A stretch of DNA of 64,000 bases, from the IMG/VR virus record IMGVR_UViG_3300042319_001124, one strand, 5' to 3'. Made by a program: the position numbers and the translations under genes. The notes under the pieces are model-generated. The model ran no database searches. It saw only the letters and a program-made list of their open reading frames with translations, and had not been told where the DNA came from. This DNA comes from an uncultured virus (IMG/VR IMGVR_UViG_3300042319_001124). Its lineage: Duplodnaviria; Heunggongvirae; Uroviricota; Caudoviricetes. Positions 57,501 to 64,000 of the stretch are shown here, in pieces (position 1 is the stretch's first letter; each line of letters begins with the position of its first letter).

Positions 57501-58864
57501 ATATTATAATCTTCAGTACTAAGATTATTTGTTTTATAATCTGTTTGGAAAATATTTGAAGGTTTAAACAATCCTAAAGGAGGATCTCCTATCCCTTTTT
57601 TTCCTGTACCATAAGCAAGTTCTTGCTCTTCTCCAGGTATTTTTCCAATTAAATTAGGTTTTTTACCATCATCAGGTAATGCTGTTCCTGCATAAGCTCT
57701 AACTTTTTTATAAAAAGTATCTGCCTTTTCAGGATCTGTTTTAGAAAAATCATAAGAATCATATATCTCTGTTTCTCCTAGTGCATTCTTTTTATAAGAA
57801 ACTCTACCTAATATAGTAGCTGCTTGTATATCAGGGTCACTAGAAATCATTTGTTTCTTACCTGCTGACATTCCTTGAAAAGCTTTTTCAACTTCAGGGC
57901 TGTAATCAATGTATTGTGTTCCTCCTGAATCTTTACCTGTTCTTTTTTGAGCATTCTTTACACTCTTAATTAAAGCTTCTTGTTGCTCTGGAGTTAATTC
58001 TTCAAGTCCTAACTTATTATCTTTAGTTACAATAGCAGAAAGAAACTGAGCAGCCTGATCTGGTAACACAGTTCCTAAAACTCCTCTAGCTACTTTAGTT
58101 TTTAAATCTGAAGTAACAGGCACATTGTTCTGAGCTTTCCATTTTTCTAACTGAACTGAATTAGATATAGGTACATATTGTACTCCTTCTTCCTCTCCAG
58201 GTTTTTCTACTTTTCCATTTTTAGGATTAGTATTATAATAAACTACTTTAGGTTTTTTTGATTCAACAGGAGTTTCTTTTCTGTTTACAGCTCCTGCTAC
58301 ATCACTTAAAGTATTAACTGTATTTATAGTTGATACTGTTTCATTGATAACTCTTTTATTTGCAGGAGCCTTTTTTATAATTTCTTTAACTCCTTTTTTA
58401 GTAACCTTTTCAACTACTTTAGTAGCTTTTTGAAAAGCCTCTGCTCCCATTCCTATTCCCATACTTGCTACTGCTACGGGATTGCCTTTTCCTGCTTTAC
58501 TTCCTTGTTGAATTGTTTTTCCAACTTCTTTTCCGTACTTTAAAATTTTGGGTACAACTTTTTCAGCTTTTGATGTAACTTTATTTACTTTACTTAAAGC
58601 TTTTAAGTATTTACTTGTTGTATTTGCAATCTTAATTCCTTTACCTGCTTTACCTATAATAGGAAGAGCTCCTAAAACTTCTAATCCTGTTTCCCAAGAA
58701 AGTAGTCCATTCTTTTTATAACTTCTATAGACATCATCATAAGAAGATATCCCTGTAGGATCAAAGATTTCAAAAACATCCTCAGCTAAAGAATCTCCTT
58801 TCTTAGCATTACTGTACTTCTTATTTACAGAAGCTTTCTTATTTTTTTTATTAGGTTGTAACAT
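54506..58864 (-). CDS. Modular virion cargo protein
   Basis: 1452 aa; VEVEDGE...GATHEENGI region, repeated aromatic-x-x-G linker motifs, coiled-coil C-terminus. Confidence 0.75.
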   Translation of the reverse strand: MLQPNKKNKKASVNKKYSNAKKGDSLAEDVFEIFDPTGISSYDDVYRSYKKNGLLSWETGLEVLGALPIIGKAGKGIKIANTTSKYLKALSKVNKVTSKAEKVVPKILKYGKEVGKTIQQGSKAGKGNPVAVASMGIGMGAEAFQKATKVVEKVTKKGVKEIIKKAPANKRVINETVSTINTVNTLSDVAGAVNRKETPVESKKPKVVYYNTNPKNGKVEKPGEEEGVQYVPISNSVQLEKWKAQNNVPVTSDLKTKVARGVLGTVLPDQAAQFLSAIVTKDNKLGLEELTPEQQEALIKSVKNAQKRTGKDSGGTQYIDYSPEVEKAFQGMSAGKKQMISSDPDIQAATILGRVSYKKNALGETEIYDSYDFSKTDPEKADTFYKKVRAYAGTALPDDGKKPNLIGKIPGEEQELAYGTGKKGIGDPPLGLFKPSNIFQTDYKTNNLSTEDYNMKRALELGYMPDETGHWPSVDFETGEWLKSKKHPTRGMEIMAYTLNPELQKNLDLIENEQGNLQYVSKKYVLGTDAEGVDPNKRKLFDESSLTSNGLADVGFSTSSKNFGLNAGVGFNPEDLYGRVGGSFNKKGFNASGEFTQRPEGNYGLNANAGYGNKNINASLGYSKTNDNEFVTGNVSAGSDKLRLIMDYLKNAEGDSINTNLSFNNEIMGASGEPVGTLNSSIGAGVNPEDTFISGALDYSTKAFQQGKGFNYNAGVNYSDLSGPNINAGVKYRFANGTNQEGIMKSKMNPRKRYANGSNLGGIGASNYIETPAETMNDYDIMLAKASQESMSNPWLPVVSLVGGLAQQAVGSLAGKLGSKNIAGNTDAVTESKGASLIKKGINTGGDIDASLGVGVQAAMGMNNVQQDVEVEDGERYKTPAGQTGEFKGATHEENGIPLQVTQDPNANPKEGQAPEGTQIFSDRLKVGDKTIAEREATRERQTANLEKQASQPNIDQAVKNAIKRKMAAIQKEQQMDLAFQGQVNEMQQMADMAVQAFAFGTAMEGIQDNPIGDSMRYGYGTGARGMKKYAGGTPPAGIVYGKGYDASMFKDFFDKYNELNPGGVMDMKYIQGDLGIDSKTPKFGEIFGPTTYKASQDWLAKNKNKAPDGYGPQKSTPGQVAGYFNLPTGFDPTYTPSARKKGMSLFDTTDPFALKGAGDAWAKQNPLPAGVIDPSVPDSIDYQSENFPNFKGEATAEKEKGSGKLRTILEQMGGNAPSIGDLTKLAGNYMGMTAGMKGAYDQRASDVTQTNPFAKAGEDALKALEGMQASIEGQKAQALVNNTTQQRTATKSANNSTRSVNTKRAMNWLYDTAATSAANEIVKNTQAQIAQLGQTKTGILMNRDQMKGQGEYQTNMANMASKDAFTTALTQGRQDFAKGLQQMGADFNSMKENKMIENLMQNYGTYVTVDKSGKLTNKNAVSTKKEEQIFLGPDGKTKFKLGKDNKLIQVT

Positions 58865-58892
58865 CTTTCTTTAACTTATTAAAGGTGGAACT

Positions 58893-61800
58893 TTATCTTT
58901 CAGATATTTTTTTATCAAGAGCTGAAAAATTAAAAATAAGCTTCTTATCAGCAAATGTATCAAATATTAACCTTACAACCAAGAACTTATCTCTGAAACT
59001 TTCTAGTTGAGTCCAGTCTTTATTATAGTCAATAGCAGCAGGATTAATGATCTTATCTATGTAATAATTAGACTGCAAAAGACTTGCTTCTTTCATAAAC
59101 ATAGGTACAGTATAATCATCTCTTAAATCTCTAAAACTATTAAAAGTCCAATCTCTTTCATTTCTATCTAAAGGAGTATCTCCAATAAGACTGTTCTTAG
59201 TTTGGTCTAATAAATAGTTTGAATTTCCATTTGCTTTAGGAACTAAGTTTAATAGTCCACTTATCTGATGAGTGTTATAAAGAATTGCTTTATTAAAAGT
59301 AACATCTTTTACATCATAATAGTCTTGTACATCAGGATTAAATACTTTAGCTTCACTTTGAAACAAAACATTATCCCATACTTTATTAATAATAGCACTA
59401 GGATTATCTACAAACTCTACAATAAAAGGATATCTAATACCATAAAAAGTTTGGTAACTTCCTTCTACATTGTGTTTGTATAAATGATTTAATCCATTCT
59501 TCCAAGAGTAGAACTTATTCTGTACATGCATGTAGAAGTCAGGTAAATAAGGATGCCAACTTCTCCACTCTTGTCTTTTAAGAGAGTAACTCATAGTCCA
59601 ACTATGATTTACAAAGTTTTCAGGAGAAAGTTCAAATTCTGTTCCTTGTTCATATTCTATTACATCTTGATAAGAAATAAAAATTTCTTCTTCTATTCCT
59701 TTAGTCCAATATCCAGGAGTAATTGAAGTAGTATAACAATTATTAGTGGTAGCTGCAGTTACTACATAGTCTCCTATTGTTACTCCAGGATCTGCAATTG
59801 TAATATCAATATTAGAATAATCTTCTCCTAAGATAACACAACTATTAATAAGTAAAAGAACTGTTCCTGTATCCCCTTCTACAGCATAAGATAAATCTTT
59901 AGTTGCTGTTTTTTCTACTCCAAGACAGTTTGTTATAGTTGCAGTTACAGAAGTTGAAGGAGTTTCTTCAGGGTCATCTATAGTAAAAGAAATAGCAACT
60001 GATACTATGTTTTCACATTCAGGATCAAGAGGTATAATTTGAGTTACAGGAGGATGCCAAATATTTATAGAATTAGTTATAGTTGTTTCAACTTCTTGAG
60101 ACTTAATAAATTTTAAACTACAATTTTCTATACCTAAATAAGTCCAACCATCACTTTCTCTATCCCCTATAGTTTGACTTATATTACTAAATAAAGTTAC
60201 TGTAGTACCATCACTACAAAGTTCATAGTCAGAAGTAGGTAAGTTAGTTATCTCAAAATCTTTTTTAGTAATAATAAGTCTTTCTTTAGCAGTATCATAA
60301 GTAGATAAATAACCTATTCCAATAAGATTAGAAGGATTATTATTATATGGATACTCTGTAGAGTTAGCATTATAGTATTGGTTTAACATTTTAAAATCCA
60401 TATTCTGAAGAAACCAAGAATAGTTTCCTTTATCAGATATAGGTTGTAATTGCTCTCCATTAAATAAATACCATTTCTTTTCTTTATAAGAAGGAAATAA
60501 AACTCCAAACTTAGTTTTGGTTCTAGCCCACTTATGTTTATTACCTGCAGAAGAGTTGTTATCATCAACCATTTTTCTAGGAGGAATAGAGAAATATTCT
60601 CCTGTACCTATGAAGGAAATGACATCAGCTGTTACTCTTTCTTGGAAAGTTTGAGGACAGTACCACAATCCTTCTTCAGTATGCACATAAAGGTTATTTT
60701 GTACTCTAAATATATCTGTAATTCTTCCTGTCTCTCCTTCTAAATCTTTGTAGTTATTAGGTAAGAACATTCTAAAGTTATCAGTAAGCTCTTCTTGAAA
60801 AGCTTGTTCTGACCAGTGCCATCTGTGAGGAAAGGTTTCAACACAATCAGTACAACAATCATATTCTAATCCTAAATGAAAGAAAGATTTTTGTTTGTTT
60901 CTTCTTGTGTAATCAGGATTTAAGAGATACATTTCTGCAGCAGGTAAACCTATATATGCTTTTGAACTCTTTCTCTCTATATCAAAATAAGTTAATTTTC
61001 TAACCATGTGATTATCTAGAGTACTTGTAGGAGGAACATCACTGCTACCTGAACCTACAGAGTAAGTACCAAAAAATTCCCATTCCCACTCTACTAATCT
61101 AGTACCAGGTTCTCCATCTCCAGGAGCCCCTAAAAAATCAGGTGTACCATCTGAAGAACCATGTCTTAATCCCATATTAACTGAAGACTCAAACCAAAGG
61201 TTAGCACAATCTCCTAACCATTGTATTTCATCATCTTCAGGATTTTTCCAAAAACCTCTTTCATAACCAGATACAGTATCTCTATCATGTAATAAATAAT
61301 GATCAGAAATAGTATCTCTAAGTCCTTCTTTATACAATCTATCATAAGCTTTATTCCAAGCATCTTGTTCTATACCTGAAAGAACTAAAGAAGTAGCTAC
61401 TCCTACAAGACCTGCAGCTAAAGTACCTAAAGCAATAGAACCTGCTATCCCTACTCCAGGAATAAATAATATTGCTACTGCTGCTACTGCTAAGAAAAAA
61501 GCACCCACATAGTTCATAACACTAGTTTGTCCTACTCTATATCTAACTCTGTTTTCATAAAAAATACTATTAGTATATCTAATAGGATTTATATAAGAAT
61601 CTCCATTAAATATCTCACAAGTTTGAGGAGGAACAACATTAGTCTTAGGAAAGTAGTGAGGATTTTTACTTTCTTTATAGTAAGGATCTAATCTAAAGTT
61701 AGAATAAGGATTCTTATTTTCTCTGTACAAATAAGCATAAGGTAAATTAGAAGGACTTATTATCTTATTATTTTTAAGAGACATGATTCCTATCTTATTA

Positions 61801-64000
61801 TCTGCAGCAAGATTAAATACATCATGAGAAGTTCCTGAACTATCTTCTATAACTTTATCCCCTAAAGCATTAAGATAAAATACTTCTTTAATATCACTAT
61901 TAAAATCTATTTGAAGTGTAGTAGAAGGAGAAAATTTAGTATGATTGTCTCTAGTTTTAACATGTAAACTAAAACCATCTGAATCTCTTTCAGAATCCTT
62001 GTGTCTACTTCCTCTATAACTAGTACCTGGACTAACATCATTAATTTTAGATAAACTACGAATTCTTTTTTGTAATACAAAGTCTCCTTGTTGTATAAGA
62101 CTTGTAAAATTATTGTAGACTTTATTATTAAACTTATGTTCAGGTATAAGTAATCCAAAAATATCTTCTTTAATAGTTGCTTTTCTTGCACTAGTAGGAT
62201 TTAACTCAGGATAAAGAAGACCTTGAGAAACAAAATGTTTATTTTTTAAAGTAGGCATTATTACTGCACTATCTAAAATAGTTCTTTCTTCTTCTGTTCT
62301 TTCATTTCTTACAATGTAGTAACCAATAATATCTTGTCCATTAGTATCTGCTATACTTGGTTTAACTATATTAGAAAACTTAATACCCATTATATCAGTT
62401 ACATATTGTTTTGACTCTGTGTCAAAAGAACTTTCACTAATAGTAATTTTATATTTTAAATTAGTAACAGGAGAAATTACAGTAGTATATACATCCATAC
62501 TTGTACTACTTACAGAACCAGCTATAGCAAGAGGAGGATTAGTTACACCTGCTATAACTTCACTTATACCTATGAATCCAAGTGTAGTAGTAGGTATAGG
62601 ACCAGAGTTAAAAAATATATTAACATTTTCTGTAGCTGCTACTGGAGGAGTCTGAGCTGTAGCTGCAAAATCATCTAGTTCTACTGATTCTATATAATGT
62701 TGAGTAGAAGTTCCATCAGTATAAGTTAAGTCAAAATTATGGAAATCTACAAAAGTGTTTACACAAGATGCATTATAATATTGTTCTCCTTCTCCAGGAC
62801 AAATTGTAGGTACTGTAACATTAACACCTATTGCTTCTACTTGAATAAATTTTAAAGCTGTAGTTAAAGTAGGTCCTGTAAGTTCTTGTACAAATCTTAA
62901 TCCATAATCAGTTCTTAAAGGAAATCTATGATGTCTTACAGGTTGATTTGTTAAAGGTAAACCTTTGTAATCAGTGCCCCAAAATAAGTCTTGACCACAA
63001 GTAGCATTATCAATGTATGCAGAATCTTCAGCAGAGTTATTTGTACTTGGCATTCCATATACATTGTTTCCTGTAGTGTATACAAGATTAGAAGGTACTG
63101 AAGGTCCTTTACCTGGAATATGAAATACAGGAGATAAAGAGTTGTCTGCAAAAATATATACAATACCAAAAGAATAAATTTCTCCTGGCATATAACCTAA
63201 GCCATTAAAGTGAGCAGCAGGGTCTTTAGAGTTAGCATCATCTACAGGAACAGAGTTTAAAAAAACTTCTTTTGTAACTACATCAGAAGTAATCTGACTT
63301 GCATATTTTTGCAACTTACAAAAGTTAACCTGCTTACCTTCAACATCTCCCAGAATAAGTCTGTTTTCAATTTGCTCTATACTAGTTGCTTTTTCTATAA
63401 TTTGATTATAAGTAGTGACTTCTTCTTGAGTACCTTGAGTTTCAAAATTAACTCCAGTGTAATAAAATACAGTATCTCTAGTTGAAATTTCTTGTGTGTA
63501 TTTAGTGTCACTAACTAATCCATTACCACTATTAGCTTCAGTAATAGCAATCTGATAAAAAGGAAAAGTAATATCTAAGGAATTAGGGTCTAAAGTAATT
63601 TTAATAGCTTTATTACTATTACTAAAATTTAAATAAGAACCATTTGTTTCTTTAGTAGCTCCTCTTATATCTTTGTATTCAGTATTTAAAGGACTATTAT
63701 AAATCATAACAGTCTCAGTACTTGTAACAAATTCTGTAGGATTAAAATCAGCGTCTAAGTATCTAATAGAAAAGTTATAACTTCCAGGAGCAAGTTGTCC
63801 TGCACCATCTACAACTTCAATATCAGTTACTACAGGAATAGATTGATAGGATTTAAAAAGATTAAACTTAGAGATTTCCCAATCTCCTGTAACAGAGTTT
63901 TGAAACTCTTCAGGTTTATCAAAAACAAATAGTCTAGGTTTTGGATCTACCCAATATACAGTTCTTTCACAACCTCTTCTTAATCTAAAAGTTGCATCAA
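58893..64000 (-). CDS. Tail muzzle/stabilization-like protein, 5' end outside window
   Basis: Frame remains open from 63707 to 64000 (...GQLAPGSYNFSIRYLD...); GYMPGEIYSFGIVY and WRSWHPYLP resemble crAss-like tail proteins. Confidence 0.7.
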   Translation of the reverse strand, partial: DATFRLRRGCERTVYWVDPKPRLFVFDKPEEFQNSVTGDWEISKFNLFKSYQSIPVVTDIEVVDGAGQLAPGSYNFSIRYLDADFNPTEFVTSTETVMIYNSPLNTEYKDIRGATKETNGSYLNFSNSNKAIKITLDPNSLDITFPFYQIAITEANSGNGLVSDTKYTQEISTRDTVFYYTGVNFETQGTQEEVTTYNQIIEKATSIEQIENRLILGDVEGKQVNFCKLQKYASQITSDVVTKEVFLNSVPVDDANSKDPAAHFNGLGYMPGEIYSFGIVYIFADNSLSPVFHIPGKGPSVPSNLVYTTGNNVYGMPSTNNSAEDSAYIDNATCGQDLFWGTDYKGLPLTNQPVRHHRFPLRTDYGLRFVQELTGPTLTTALKFIQVEAIGVNVTVPTICPGEGEQYYNASCVNTFVDFHNFDLTYTDGTSTQHYIESVELDDFAATAQTPPVAATENVNIFFNSGPIPTTTLGFIGISEVIAGVTNPPLAIAGSVSSTSMDVYTTVISPVTNLKYKITISESSFDTESKQYVTDIMGIKFSNIVKPSIADTNGQDIIGYYIVRNERTEEERTILDSAVIMPTLKNKHFVSQGLLYPELNPTSARKATIKEDIFGLLIPEHKFNNKVYNNFTSLIQQGDFVLQKRIRSLSKINDVSPGTSYRGSRHKDSERDSDGFSLHVKTRDNHTKFSPSTTLQIDFNSDIKEVFYLNALGDKVIEDSSGTSHDVFNLAADNKIGIMSLKNNKIISPSNLPYAYLYRENKNPYSNFRLDPYYKESKNPHYFPKTNVVPPQTCEIFNGDSYINPIRYTNSIFYENRVRYRVGQTSVMNYVGAFFLAVAAVAILFIPGVGIAGSIALGTLAAGLVGVATSLVLSGIEQDAWNKAYDRLYKEGLRDTISDHYLLHDRDTVSGYERGFWKNPEDDEIQWLGDCANLWFESSVNMGLRHGSSDGTPDFLGAPGDGEPGTRLVEWEWEFFGTYSVGSGSSDVPPTSTLDNHMVRKLTYFDIERKSSKAYIGLPAAEMYLLNPDYTRRNKQKSFFHLGLEYDCCTDCVETFPHRWHWSEQAFQEELTDNFRMFLPNNYKDLEGETGRITDIFRVQNNLYVHTEEGLWYCPQTFQERVTADVISFIGTGEYFSIPPRKMVDDNNSSAGNKHKWARTKTKFGVLFPSYKEKKWYLFNGEQLQPISDKGNYSWFLQNMDFKMLNQYYNANSTEYPYNNNPSNLIGIGYLSTYDTAKERLIITKKDFEITNLPTSDYELCSDGTTVTLFSNISQTIGDRESDGWTYLGIENCSLKFIKSQEVETTITNSINIWHPPVTQIIPLDPECENIVSVAISFTIDDPEETPSTSVTATITNCLGVEKTATKDLSYAVEGDTGTVLLLINSCVILGEDYSNIDITIADPGVTIGDYVVTAATTNNCYTTSITPGYWTKGIEEEIFISYQDVIEYEQGTEFELSPENFVNHSWTMSYSLKRQEWRSWHPYLPDFYMHVQNKFYSWKNGLNHLYKHNVEGSYQTFYGIRYPFIVEFVDNPSAIINKVWDNVLFQSEAKVFNPDVQDYYDVKDVTFNKAILYNTHQISGLLNLVPKANGNSNYLLDQTKNSLIGDTPLDRNERDWTFNSFRDLRDDYTVPMFMKEASLLQSNYYIDKIINPAAIDYNKDWTQLESFRDKFLVVRLIFDTFADKKLIFNFSALDKKISER

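Noticed and set aside
34037..62655. Short plus-strand ORFs inside the large minus-strand genes (and minus-strand ORFs inside 4060-31327)
   Set aside because: Antisense shadow or nested out-of-frame ORFs with no recognisable motifs
1..64000. Stop-codon reassignment (TAG/TGA) as in some crAss-like phages
   Set aside because: Very long ORFs are intact in the standard code, TAG and TGA end genes at sensible points, and no suppressor tRNA was seen

Overview
AT-rich segment of a crAss-like (Crassvirales-type) phage genome in the standard genetic code. The host is probably a Bacteroidota member, inferred from TAnnTTTG promoters, a DUF1573-like gene and no obvious Shine-Dalgarno sites. There are three blocks. 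(1) 1-3787, minus strand: start of a late module (GH108 endolysin, IHF/HU-like and wHTH genes). (2) 4060-32886, plus strand: early genes, each behind a conserved 28-bp phage-type promoter motif and including three paralogous ~90-aa genes; a phage tmRNA; a replication module (Dda/RecD helicase, PolA, SF2 helicase, DnaB, AAA ATPase, primase, degenerate UNG); a complete ubiquitin-like conjugation cassette (Ubl, E2, JAB, E1); and nucleases, an SplB-like radical SAM enzyme, GroES and MazG. (3) 32966-64000, minus strand: virion cargo and tail genes, including a 4462-aa virion RNA polymerase (DFDVD motif plus zincin HExxH) and a modular 1452-aa protein with repeated linker motifs and a beta-barrel-like domain. 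The best candidate for a novel system is the Ubl-E2-JAB-E1 cassette at 22588-27057. All product calls come from reading motifs by eye; no database searches were run.
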